From Octopus bimaculoides (lineage: Eukaryota), in assembly GCF_001194135.2 (NCBI RefSeq), contig NC_068984.1, positions 47,819,909-47,876,545 of the forward strand: 56,637 nt of DNA. Reading direction: 5' to 3'. This document shows, in pieces, positions 1 through 11,867 of this stretch. Below the pieces are notes generated by a model. It saw only the letters and a program-made list of their open reading frames with translations. It searched no databases and was not told where the DNA came from. Both the position numbers and the translations under genes were made by a program. How positions within the stretch are numbered: position 1 is the stretch's first letter; the number at the start of each line of letters is the position of its first letter.

Positions 1-775
1 TATATATATATATATATGATAGATATATATGACAAGACATTATTAGAGGGAAATAGATACAGTTGTAATGGAGAGAACTAGGAACAAGTAAATAAGATAG
101 ATACTTTTATTTATACGCAAGCCTACATAAACCTGAATACGTACCTCTCTCTATGTAGAACACACAAGCGGATACTTCTAAATAGTAAACTTTACGTTCA
201 ATATAAAATGATACACATAACACTTCAAATACACATAGACAGACGCTGCCATCTCTCTCTCTCTCTCTCTCTCTCTTGGTTTCTCTCTTTGTAATTATGT
301 GTATGTATGCATGTAATCTCTTAATCTACCTTTCTGTACGCATTCGTATGTATTATATATTTATACGTGTGTGTGTGTGTGTGCGTATGTGTGAGTGTGT
401 GTATGTGTGTGTGTTTGTGTGTATGCATGTATGTATCTATGTGCGTATGTATATTGCGGGCTAAGATACAGACATAGTAACCATCAATGAATTACATAGA
501 CAGCTTTTCTCCAGATAATAACATAAAAATTGGTTTTGGCAGATGCAGTTACACTAGAGATATTACCAAAGAAAAGTTTATAATACAATGTCGGTCTATA
601 GGGAGCTGTTTGATTCTTGCTGTGCTGTTTCAGCTGTTATTGTTGTTGTTTTTGTAGTTGTTGCTGAGAATCATGTTGTTGGTGGTGGTACTGCTTTCGT
701 GTTGTTTGCTGTCGTTGCTGTGTAGCCTTTGGATGATGCGCAGTTAAATCTACTACTGCTACTAGAACTGATATA

Positions 776-779
776 ATAG

Positions 780-845
<66 letters not shown>

Positions 846-846
846 A

Positions 847-881
<35 letters not shown>
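776..881. repeat. Compound trinucleotide microsatellite (ACT)n-(GCT)n
   Basis: Direct reading: long ctactacta run followed by a gctgctgct run. It explains the poly-V/poly-A ORF 637..924. Confidence 0.95.
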
Positions 882-885
<4 letters not shown>

Positions 886-2074
886 ATATTTTGCTTGCGA
901 AAGAATCTCTATACCGTATAACAACTATTGATATTGTCTTCTTTCTTGTTATTGTTGATCAACAATAGCAAGGACAAATATAAGCAAACGCGTTTTTACT
1001 GGATTACTCAACTTGCTAGAAATAGCAGCTAATTACACTGAAATAATAGCCGACCGTCTTGAAAAGGGAATGATACATTGTAAAATGTAGGTCTTCATAT
1101 AGGAAATATAAAACTGGATGGTTTACGACTGGAGTGCTTTAGATAATAAGTTTGTTGAGTCATGATCGACCTGAAAATAACAATAAGAACAGAAAGCAGT
1201 GTTCTTTCTCGTATATTTTTGTAGTGTTTACCATTTTCAGAAAAGAGCAATAAATTCAAGTGATGGATTAATGTATTCGATGGTTTTATGCATTTTAACA
1301 TTTGTCTTCTGACGCATTTGGCAGTTGTAATCAGTTCTATACAAGATGATGTCCAACACATACATGTCACCACTCTATGGTATTCATGTGACGCCGAACT
1401 AGATTTTTTACGATATATTTGACTAATCTCATAGCTCATTCCAATTGTTGTTTAGCAAACCTGAACACCAAACCGTTAATCCGTTAAACGTTAATTAATG
1501 AAGTAAACATTTAATGATTTAACTTTTAAGTTAACTTGGAAATCATTTTCTGACGAATTAACTTCCGTTACATCTAATTTCAGTTAATCAGTTAATGGAT
1601 CTTTGTGGTTTTCGTCACTGTTTACAATTAACATTAAACATTTTTTTAATGTAACATATAGATGTAATTTTTGATGCGGAATCCGAATATGTCATTCATT
1701 TATTCCAGAAAAAAGTTTGCTAGAATGTTATAGGTGTTCAAAGTATGATAATTTTCAGAATTTTCAGCCTATAAGAAGACAGCGTGTTCGCTGCCTCTTC
1801 CATCATCAGGGTGTGGGGCATCGGCATGTCAAAATATTAAACTAGCTACAGTAAACAAACCAATAGGAGTTGCTAGAAATTAGAAATAAAAGTTAAACAT
1901 TAAAATATACACGAGCAAAGTTAGCATTAAAACATTCTCCCACACTTTGGGGCAATTTTGTTGCTATAATCGATTGTTTTTCATTGTTTGCACAACTTAT
2001 ATGTAACTCTACATTCTGCTTGTCCTGCGCTGTCAACAATGATTTTTAATGTAAACACTTTGTGGTTAATAAAG

Positions 2075-2075
<1 letters not shown>

Positions 2076-2170
<95 letters not shown>
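2076..2170 (+). repeat. (CAA)n-(TAA)n microsatellite flanking the 5' end of RLE element 1
   Basis: Direct reading; the element sequence starts immediately after the last TAA unit. Confidence 0.95.
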
Positions 2171-2173
<3 letters not shown>

Positions 2174-3014
2174 TAGGGCTAAAAGCAGAGAGTGAAGGTT
2201 TCATATTAGCTGCTCAAGACCAAAGCGTATTAACCCGGAACTACCAAGCCAATGTGATAAAAAATAGAGCTGACCCACAATGCCGATTCTGTAACGATGA
2301 GGTTGAAAAAATAGACCACCTAATCTCAGGGTGGATAGTCTTAGCACCTGTAGAATATAAAACAAGACATGACAGAGTTGGCCAGTATTTACACAGGACA
2401 ATATGTCAGCATTATAAAATCAAAACCGCTGACAAATGGTATAAACACCATCCTGAAGCTGTGACTGAGGGAGAAAATGTATAGATTCCCTGGGACTTCT
2501 CCGTACATACTGACAAGGCTATAAAAGCTAATAAACCGGATATTATTATAAAAGATCAGACAAAGAAGACGTGTTTATTAATTGACATGAGTATTCCCTC
2601 TGATCATAATTTAGCGGCAAAAGAATTTGACAAGATCAGTAAATATAAAGACTTGCTAATAGACATTGAAAAAATGTGGCACCTCAAGGCGACTACCATA
2701 CCAGTGATTGTAGGATCTCTAGGAATGATAAAAAAAAAGGTACTGAAATCTATTTGAAAATGATATCAGGCTTACCATCTCTACAGGAAGTGCAAACAAT
2801 CGTGCTAACTGGAACGACTCATGTACCGAGAAGAGTATTATCGCTGTGAAAACAACATCCACTCATGAATTTATTTAATTATTAATTTCTTTAAATACAT
2901 ATTCTACCTGTGAATTTGCGTGTGTAAACTGGGAATGCATACAATGAGCTTCTCTGTCCTAGGTGTACAGAAAACACTCGGCGAAATGGAAGAAAATTTG
3001 AAGAAAAAAATAAG
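2171..3014 (+). mobile_element. 5'-truncated R4/Dong-like RLE non-LTR retrotransposon, 3' part (element 1, pseudogenised)
   Basis: Translation: ESEGFILAAQDQ...CRFCNDEVEKIDHLISG(W for C)...YKTRHDRV (CCHC knuckle plus RHD). After a TAG at 2482 it continues IPWDFSVHTDKAIKANKPDIIIKDQTKKTCLLIDMSIPSD...KEFDKISKYKDL...IPVIVGSLG (PD..D/E..K restriction-like nuclease). Frameshift in the A-run near 2730, stop near 2849, 3' UTR, then a (CAA)/(TAA) tail. Confidence 0.9.
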
Positions 3015-3036
3015 CAACAACAACAACAACAACAAC

Positions 3037-3121
<85 letters not shown>

Positions 3122-3133
3122 ATTATTATTATT
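3015..3133. repeat. (CAA)n(TAA)n switching to (TTA)n: shared inverted tail of elements 1 and 2
   Basis: Direct reading: ...aataataat|tattattattatt, with the strand switch at 3120/3121. Confidence 0.95.
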
Positions 3134-4763
3134 GCCTTTGCACAGCTTCTAACGCTGGAGATATATTAGTGTCAGCTATTCACTACCAGTGAACTAAGGT
3201 AGAACCTCTTATTTTTCGCGCACTTTCCGTTGTATTCGAGTGGTGACAAGCAGTGCTGTTTTCTGCAAGTATTCCACCCTCATTGCCGTCCCTATTTGTT
3301 CAATGTACTTCTCGAGATCTTTGCTCACTGTTCCCAGGGCTCCGAAAATTATTGGTACGACTGCTACCTTTTTCATCGACCACAACTGCTTAACTTCCCA
3401 AGCTAACCTGTCATATCTATATCTTTCAACTTTTCTTTCTTCCTTATCAAATACTTTGTTGTCAGCTGGGCATGCTATATCTACGATCCAACATAGTTTG
3501 TTTTCTTTCTCAATTAAGACTATGTCCGGCTTCCTATTCTCTATCGCATGGTCGCACTGAATCATAAACACCCATAGGATCTTTTCATTTCGATTTTCGA
3601 CGATGTCATCCGGTTTGTGGTCGTACCAACATTTTGCTCTGTGAAGTCCATACTTGTTGCAAAATGTCCAATGGACAAGCCTGGCTATATTGTCGTGGCG
3701 TCTTTTATATTCCTTCTGGGCTAGTGGTGTACATTGGCTGGTAATATGCCATACGGTTTCACCGTTTTGTACACAGATTCTGCACTTATCACTTTCTGCT
3801 GTGTCATCTATTCTGTATTTTATGTAGTTTGTTCTTAGTGCTTGCTCTTGGGCAGCACAGATTACAGCCTCCGTTTCCGGGTTTAAATCACTTTTAGTCA
3901 TCCACAGCCATCTTTTTTCTCTGTTTGTCCTATCTTCAGCATCCCTATGAAATTGACCTTGCATTATTTTCTTTACCGACCTATTTTTAGTTTCATTCGT
4001 TTTCAATTTCTTGTATAGGGATTTTTCTTTTCAATCTTTCATCCTACACAAGCCTGGCCTTCTTACTTCTAATAATATCGGTCCTGTGGCATATTTTACA
4101 TACCATACTACGTTGTTTTCCTCTGCTCTAATGCTGTGTTCTCATCCAATAAGTCCTTTCCCCCTCTTTTTCTTGGTACATACAGCCTGTCTGTCACTTT
4201 TTGGGTGGAGTGTCCCATATGTAGTTAGCAACTTCCTTGTCTTTCTGTCTAATCTGTTTAGTTCGGCTACTGTCCATGCGATTACCCCTGCTCCATATCT
4301 AAGGAGTGAAACCGCCCAGGCGTTGATTACTTCATTCTTATTCCGTCCGTTTAATTTCGACTTAAGGATCAGTCTCAGTCTGCGCAAGTACTCCACCTTA
4401 AATTTTCTGTCATTTCTTTCTCCATCAATTATCTATTTCCAAATTCCTCAAGTACTTATAGCCCGTCTCTTCNNNNNNNNNNAACACACCACACTTTCTC
4501 AGTCCGATTCCATTCCGATATCAGCACTGAAGTGGCAAACATCATATCGACCTGTAATTATCTACCGTATTGCCTTTTTCGATGTTTTTCAGGTACAGCA
4601 CTGTCCTACCCAATGTCAACCAATCTGGTGTTACCTAGTCGGTATTTATCAAGGTGAGGGGTTGAGTTGCGCAGCTATTCATGCATGATATTTACCAAAT
4701 TCTTTGATTCAGTAGCCTTGAACTCCATTTGATCACGGTGCTTTACAGTTGCTCATTTTTTGA

Positions 4764-4764
<1 letters not shown>
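3134..4764 (-). mobile_element. R4/Dong-like RLE non-LTR retrotransposon (element 2), 5'-truncated, RT core internally deleted
   Basis: ORF 3209..4006 has ETEAVICAAQEQ, CRICVQNGETVWHITSQC, YKRRHDNIA, RKPDIVLIEKENKLCWIVDIACPAD and VVPIIFGALG. ORF 4142..4396 has the post-RT thumb region (LNGRNKNEVINAWAVSLLRYGAG). Upstream remnants read [25 protein letters not shown] and NYRSI*CLPL, fused directly to FSADIGME-GLRKCGV. Confidence 0.92.
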
Positions 4765-4830
<66 letters not shown>

Positions 4831-4831
4831 G

Positions 4832-4870
<39 letters not shown>

Positions 4871-5100
4871 GTAGTAGTAGTAGTAGTAGTAGTTGTTGTT
4901 GTTGCTGTTGTTGTAGGGGAGGGGGAGGACAGCAGCAGCAGCAGCAGCAACAGCAATAACAGTGACAGCAACAGCGACAGTAGCAGCAGCAGTAAAAGTA
5001 GTAGTAATAGTAGTAGAAGTAGTATTAGTAGTAGTAGTAGTGGTGTTGTTGTTGTTGTTGGTGGTGGTTGTTGTTGTTATGGTGGTGGTGATAATACCAT
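4765..5100. repeat. Compound trinucleotide array (ATT)n,(AGT)n,(TGT)n,(GCA)n and related units
   Basis: Direct reading. It accounts for the poly-L/I/N/S ORFs 4729-5116. The (ATT)n part abuts the 5' end of element 2. Confidence 0.95.
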
Positions 5101-5721
5101 AGTTGAACAAGAATGAGAATTAGGGTTAGAAAAACGAAGTCTACAATACGTTAATAGTGATAGCATTAGCAGCAGTATTAGATGCTGTTTTAGTAGAAGA
5201 AGATTATCTAAGAAATACCGAGTAAGTAGAAGAATCTTAGGAAGGTGTTAGCTGTCATGCAATTCGTCTTTTTAAAGAATACAAAATCCAAAATAAAGCA
5301 ACGTAACGATTATGTTTAAGAGCCGTCAAAAACAAATATTTTAGACGTATCTTCTAATGTAGAGTTTGACAGCGACAGTTAATAACATATGAATAAGAAA
5401 GGAATATCTTTATATCTATGAATAAAGAAATCTATAAATAATATAGTACTTCGAAATAGCTGACTGTGTGCATAAATACTTATGTAGAAAGACGTACCCA
5501 GACAGATACTTAGGTGCATACATATAATTATACATACATACACACACATGTATGTATGTAAATATTTATATGAGTATTTACGTATGTTCAAATAAGCACA
5601 CACACACATACACACTTATATGTATATATATATATATAAAGAATAATAATAATAAATGGAGCAAGACACATATAATCAATAAGTTCCTTTTATTCCTACA
5701 TATGTTTCAAAAATTATAGAA

Positions 5722-5770
<49 letters not shown>

Positions 5771-6271
5771 NNNNNNNNNNNNNNNNNNNNNNNNNNNNNN
5801 NNNNNNNNNNNNNNNNNNNNNNNNNNNNNNNNNNNNNNNNNNNNNNNNNNNNNNNNNNNNNNNNNNNNNNNNNNNNNNNNNNNNNNNNNNNNNNNNNNNN
5901 NNNNNNNNNNNNNNNNNNNNNNNNNNNNNNNNNNNNNNNNNNNNNNNNNNNNNNNNNNNNNNNNNNNNNNNNNNNNNNNNNNNNNNNNNNNNNNNNNNNN
6001 NNNNNNNNNNNNNNNNNNNNNNNNNNNNNNNNNNNNNNNNNNNNNNNNNNNNNNNNNNNNNNNNNNNNNNNNNNNNNNNNNNNNNNNNNNNNNNNNNNNN
6101 NNNNNNNNNNNNNNNNNNNNNNNNNNNNNNNNNNNNNNNNNNNNNNNNNNNNNNNNNNNNNNNNNNNNNNNNNNNNNNNNNNNNNNNNNNNNNNNNNNNN
6201 NNNNNNNNNNNNNNNNNNNNNNNNNNNNNNNNNNNNNNNNNNNNNNNNNNNNNNNNNNNNNNNNNNNNNNN

Positions 6272-6309
6272 GTCAAATGACTAAAACAAGTAAAAGACTA
6301 AAAAAGAGT
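6272..6309 (+). mobile_element. 3' tail of a tRNA-derived SINE (family A); body lost in the preceding gap
   Basis: gtcaaatgactaaaacaagtaaaagactaaaaaagag matches the 3' ends of the copies at 37277-37850 and 40557-40991. Confidence 0.7.
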
Positions 6310-6346
6310 ATATATAAACTTAATTACATCTGTTTACATATATGAG

Positions 6347-6403
<57 letters not shown>

Positions 6404-6704
6404 TTATCTATCGATCGATCTATTTGTATGTACAATCAGACATGTTGTATGTGCGTGTGTAAAAATGTTAATTAGTTCTTCCTGAGTTCCAAGACATTAT
6501 CAGTATTCTGAGAGTCAAATATATTTTGCATTGATGAGTGGTTTCGAATACCAGATGAATTTCACCTATTTCTCTATGTCCCTCTTTCTGACTCCATTCA
6601 TCCTTAGAACAAAGTATAGTAATGCATTTCTATCTCCGCCACTGTATACATACATACATACATACATACATACATACATACATACATGTATATATTCGCC
6701 ATGA

Positions 6705-6880
6705 TAGATCGCTAGCCACTACACGTTCTTTATTTCCTCTGCTTTTTTCTTTCTGTGTTCCTTTCTTTGGAGGAGCGTAGGCTCGAAATGTTAAAAACTT
6801 TTTCACTTCCCGAGCGTTAAACTAATACATCTGTTTGTTGCCTACACCACCTGTCTCCTCCTTTTTTGTTTGTGAATTGT
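6705..6880 (+). mobile_element. Penelope-like pseudo-LTR remnant, family P1 (degenerate hammerhead-like motif)
   Basis: Homologous to 16405-16560 and 53535-53700 (gagcgtaggctcgaaa..ttaaa.actt...cccgagcgttaaactaatac...caccacctgtc). The PLE assignment rests on the hammerhead-like core, a known pLTR feature. Confidence 0.6.
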
Positions 6881-7027
6881 CTTCATACAATACCTTCTGA
6901 TAACAAACTCAGACACTCCCATGTACCNNNNNNNNNNNNNNNNNNNNNNNNNNNNNNNNNNNNNNNNNNNNNNNNNNNNNNNNNNNNNNNNNNNNNNNNN
7001 NNNNNNNNNNNNNNNNNNNNNNNNNNN

Positions 7028-7099
7028 CCCGAGCGTTAAACTAATACATCTGTTTGTTGCCTACACCACCTGTCTCCCCCTTTTTTGTTTGTGAATTGT
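7028..7099 (+). repeat. Near-identical duplicate of 6809-6880 across an N-gap (P1 pLTR part)
   Basis: 72 bp identical except one base (ctcctc vs ctcccc). Confidence 0.85.
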
Positions 7100-7539
7100 T
7101 TCTATATATTATACATACGTAGATATAAAAAATTATATATAGACTACCGTGTGCAATGTGTTACCAAAAAGGAAAACTATAATCGTCCCTAACCATGACT
7201 AGAGTGTTAGAACACCTACATTGCAAGAAATAAGAGATAAAAAGCTCTAAAGCTGTGATTAAAGAATATATTTACATATTTACATGCACTGTTATGGACT
7301 GTAATCGCCCGAAAACACCAGTCAAGAACTTCCCTATATTGATCAGTCAGTTTCGGTTAATTCTGTAACCTCATGCGTAGGGACCGCTTGATTCGGCCGA
7401 TTTCGGAGTTGGTTCTCTATCAGTATATGTGTATTCAGCGTATTCAGCATAAAGTCTATGGATGGTGATTTAACGAATCGCTAATACATATATCGTTTCA
7501 ATAAAGTTAGAACATGGTCTGGTTTTCACATTTTTTATT

Positions 7540-7760
7540 GTATTAAAAAAATACAATGTTACAATTTTGAGTTAAATTTTTATTGAAGTTTAATTAGCGC
7601 TTTCATACGTTCGTATTAATCATCAGATTTCAAATGTATCAACCGACAGTTGAGTGCTTGACAGCTGTAGTAAAATGACTGATTTCTTCTTTTAACACCT
7701 TTTATAAGGCTCTGACAAGCTGAATTTTTGGAATACTGTTTTGACCAATCAGCATGCAGC
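7540..7760 (-). mobile_element. Penelope-like pseudo-LTR, family P2 (CCAAT, TATA, hammerhead-like motif, AATAAA)
   Basis: On the minus strand, in order: gattggtc (7750-7743), ccttataaaagg (7709-7698), CTGATGA...GAAAGCGCTA (7626-7595), AATAAA (about 7580). This order fits a PLE pLTR. Confidence 0.55.
7583..7634 (-). ncRNA. Putative minimal type I hammerhead ribozyme-like motif (P2)
   Basis: 5'-TTGAAAT CTGATGA tta ATACG aa CGTAT GAA AGCGCT A ATT aaac TTCAA-3'. It has an intact CUGAUGA/GAAA core, a stem II and a palindromic stem III (AGCGCU). There is a 3-nt insertion before stem II and a weak bulged stem I. Confidence 0.45.
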
Positions 7761-8030
7761 GTAAACGTTACGGTTTAACGGGTGCACCGATATTACTGGC
7801 ATAGATCCCGCATTTATTTTAACCGATTAGATTGCGGTTTACATGTAATGCCTTTATACGGGGTTTCGATTGTGTTTATTTAAATCGGTGTGTATTTTCA
7901 TATGTAAAAGATATTACTTTAATCCAAATCATTAACTGGTTGTTATTTCCGTTCAGAACATGTTTGAACATTTCAATGAAACGTTTTTCTTTAATTTTCT
8001 TACAACCCCACTTGTGTTATGTAGTTTATC

Positions 8031-8094
8031 GAAAAATTCAGCTTGTCGGAGCCTTTTGAAATCTGATGATCATTACGAAAATATGAAAGCGCTA
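8031..8094 (+). mobile_element. Inverted partial copy of the P2 pLTR with about 70 bp (the TATA segment) missing
   Basis: aaaaattcagcttgtcggagcctt|ttgaaatctgatgatcattacgaaaatatgaaagcgcta is the reverse complement of 7706-7730 joined to 7595-7634. Confidence 0.75.
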
Positions 8095-8342
8095 GGAGCA
8101 ATATCGAGAATGACCAGCCAAATTTGCAAAGATAATCTGGATCTCGACAGAAGAGAGAAAACTCCGAATGACCTGTCCGTGTTTTATTTGTATCATCTAT
8201 CTGGCTGTTTTGTCCCTTTCTTGTATCACCTAACTGTCTTGATGTTTTGCGTTCTTTTCCCATTCTGTATTATATATGTTGGAATTATAAATGATTTCAA
8301 TAACACCAGCGTTTGACTCCGTTTCTTAATTTATATATATAT

Positions 8343-8374
<32 letters not shown>

Positions 8375-8483
8375 TCACGCACACACACACACACACTCAC
8401 ACACACACACACACACATACACACACANNNNNNNNNNNNNNNNNNNNNNNNNNNNNATATATATATATATATATATATATATA

Positions 8484-9620
8484 ACGGGTGCGGTGAATAA
8501 ATTGTCTTCTAAATTACGCAAAAATGAAAATAAAACTGACATCTCATTTTTAAAATATCGTGAAATACTACTGAGTAAGTTTATTCAATAAAATCGTCAT
8601 TGGCTTCAATCACAGCCTCCAGACGACTTCGAAAACTCCCGCAGCTCTTCTGGACGGCTTCCCTGCTTAAATTGGTGAATGCTGCCATAGTCCTTGCCTT
8701 CAGTTTATTTTGGGCGTTGCAAGGAGTTTTGTTCGCACATAATAATCAAGAGGGTTGCAGTCTGCGGAGTTAGGTGGCCAAATGTTAGGGATGATGTGGT
8801 CATAGAAATTGTCTGACAGCATTACTGGGTTCTCCTGTTTATGTGGCATAGTGCAGAGTCCTGTTGTCAGACAGAATCTTCCAGCAGCCCCCCTCTTGAC
8901 CCAGGGCAGCACTACGTCTTCTAGGCATTTGATGTAGGCCTCCGTGTTGAGTCTGAGGTGGTGTGAGATGTTGAATGGAAGCATAATGTCGCCATCACTA
9001 GTGATTAAACCAAACACCATGATGCTGACTGGATGTTTGATTTTATCACTTTCATTGCATGTCTCGGGGACATGGCAGGGCAACGGTTGTTCTCTGTGTT
9101 CATGTAATTCCGGCAGAATTTTTTCTCGTCTGAGAAAAACCAAAGCATGTTCTGTTGGAATGGATGCTTGATCTTGTTCAAAAGCTTGTTCAAAAGCGGT
9201 TTTTCCTCTTCTGCTTGATAGCTTGCGATACAAACTGGCCCTTTCTCTTTTTGTATGAGGAATACCGAATGTCTTCATACAATACCTTCTGATAACAAAC
9301 TCAGACACTCCCATGTACCTGGTGATGGACCTGATTGACTTGGAGGGATCGTTGTCAAACATGGCTTAAATCTCACCAACAAATGCAGGAGCTCTTTTCT
9401 TATCAGAACAATCAGAGTGAGTTTTCCGAGCTGCCGTACCTTCGTAATCACCATTAGATACATCCAACTCTCTCCGAATCCTCTGCACTGTCCTCAAATT
9501 GGCACCCAAACACTCTGAAATGCTCGAGCTGGAGCTTCTGGCGCGAATATTAAGCAGTACAACATGTTGTTTACAGATTTCTGTCACAGTGAATTGCGTC
9601 ATTGTGCTGTTTATCTCAAA
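8484..9620 (-). mobile_element. maT-type (DD37D) Tc1/mariner transposon, pseudogenised; far end lies in the gap
   Basis: Frameshifted transposase from ATG 9602 to TAA 8581: HTH region, FFSDEKKF, MVFGLITSDG, QQDSALCH...WPPNSADCNPLDYYV. I count 37 residues between the second and third D across one frameshift. TIR-like acgggtgcggtgaataaatt follows (TA)n. Confidence 0.88.
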
Positions 9621-10952
9621 NNNNNNNNNNNNNNNNNNNNNNNNNNNNNNNNNNNNNNNNNNNNNNNNNNNNNNNNNNNNNNNNNNNNNNNNNNNNNNNN
9701 NNNNNNNNNNNNNNNNNNNNNNNNNNNNNNNNNNNNNNNNNNNNNNNNNNNNNNNNNNNNNNNNNNNNNNNNNNNNNNNNNNNNNNNNNNNNNNNNNNNN
9801 NNNNNNNNNNNNNNNNNNNNNNNNNNNNNNNNNNNNNNNNNNNNNTATATATATATATATGTATGTATATATGTATGTATATATACGTAAATACGTGCGT
9901 AAGTACATACATGCCTACTTGAACATTACGTAATCCTAAATGAATCGTTTACTGACTTACGATAGAAAAGAGCAGTCTCTAAATGACATAACGGGTGAAA
10001 TCTGAATTCATTGAAAGTACGTTTCAAAATTTTCCACACTCAGTGTAATTTCGGAGACAAGAGTCTGCTTACATTTGCCTGAAAATCTGAAATCTAGAGC
10101 TGCAAACTATATCAGCAAATAGAATTTTCTTTATTTGCTCGTCCTTATGAATATTTTATCGGGTACTGTAAGATTTGCATTTCCGAATATTATGGAACAT
10201 CTATTTCGGTTTCCTCTTTTGTTAAACATCTATTCAGTATTGATATCTACATACATGCATAAGCGGTCATAAATTTCAAACGGTTCATCAGACCAGGTAT
10301 TAGAAAATTTTCAGTGATTTTACTGTATCAAAGTTTTTGAATAAAGACTATATGAATAAAAGTTGTTTCAAATACGAATCACTTATTTTATTGCACGAGG
10401 ACCAAGCTCATCAAAAACATTTGCTGAATAACTAAGGAAATCAAGTATATACTAATATTTGAAATCGTTTAGATCATTCTATCTGGTACACAGCTGAGAA
10501 TATGTTCTGTTTCGATCCAGTTTCTTCATTAATTATTTCTCCCATTCTACCTTTACTCCGCTCATTATATTTTAAATGGTAGCTGACACTGTTAGTCCAA
10601 TCTTTTATCACGTATAAATAAATATTTACCGTATATTACTCTCAGTACGCCCCACCTCGAATATATAGATATGTACATTCAGCCGTATATATATATATAT
10701 AATCATTCAGTCATATATAGTGTGTATATTTTAAGATGGACATTTTTTGGCAAATAAACACGCGCACTATATATTAATTCTTCCCTTGTTTATTACTGTT
10801 CTTATTTTATGTCCATTGCCTGGAAATCTTTTTGTCATACACCTGTGACCTCTTCAGTGACTTTGCATCCCACATGTCTCCTCCTGTTCCGTTTAATCCA
10901 CTCTGTCTTTCTATGGTTCAGATCATTATCTGCGCATGCGTTTGCGTCTGCA

Positions 10953-11008
<56 letters not shown>

Positions 11009-11867
11009 CGTGCGCGTGTGCATGTGCCTGTGTGTGTATCCGTCTCTATGTGTTTTGTATATGTGTTTGTGTGTGTATATCGGTTTGCTTACTGTTTTGT
11101 TTGTATCTGTGCCCTTTATTCATTTATTTATTATTCAATTATTTATTTTTTTCATTTATTATCGCTGTACTATTTCTTTTTCCCATTTCATTTTAGCCAT
11201 GTGTATGTGTGCATTTTCTGTGTGTACAGGGGTTCATGCATTATGCTGTTTGTATCTGTGTCTCATATGTTTTCTCCTATTTGATCTTTACTCGTCATGT
11301 TGTGTAGTGTTGTGGCGGAAGGTGTTATTGTTCCATTAACATTTTCGGTTGAATCTCAGTGTGTCTATTGCTATGTGTCAATTAGTCTGAGAATTCATCC
11401 TATTGTAAGATTAGGAATGTAGTCTATAGCATACGGTGTACTGAAGGATGGTGCAGAAACAGATAACAACTTACAATGGTGAGACGGCACGTGGTATCGG
11501 GAAGCAGATCCATGTATACTGGCGGATACTGAAGGAGGAGAAATTCTCGTCGGCCCTCTGCTAACATGCTGAATTAGAATATTGAGTCTCGGTTAATAAC
11601 ATAGATGTTAAGGTATTATCAAGGCATAAAACAGACATGACACTTAGATTACAAAGAATAAATACGTAAATGAAAGAATAAAGAAATAAATACAAAGTAT
11701 ATAAATATATAAAGGGCACGGATACAATCGGTATAGGAAGCAAACTCATATACACACGCAAAACACTCATACAAAACATATAGAAAAGTACAAACAGACA
11801 CGCACGCACAGACACGCACGCACAGACACGAACAGATACAGACGCAAACTCACGCGCAGATGAGGAT

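Noticed and set aside
637-924. Poly-A/poly-V/poly-Q ORF that might be a host polyQ exon
   Set aside because: Fully explained by a compound triplet microsatellite; no non-repetitive domain or convincing splice sites.
1095-1760. 114-aa ORF plus a gttaa-rich stretch resembling a DNA transposon subterminal region
   Set aside because: No catalytic motif or TIR pair could be identified; possibly an old TE but unsupported.
1775-1822. Minus-strand CTGATGA...GAAC hammerhead-like string
   Set aside because: GAAA is incomplete, stem II does not pair and there is no stem I.
10270-10310. Minus-strand CTGATGA-ACCGTTT-GAAA
   Set aside because: Stems I and III are not convincing; a chance match is likely.
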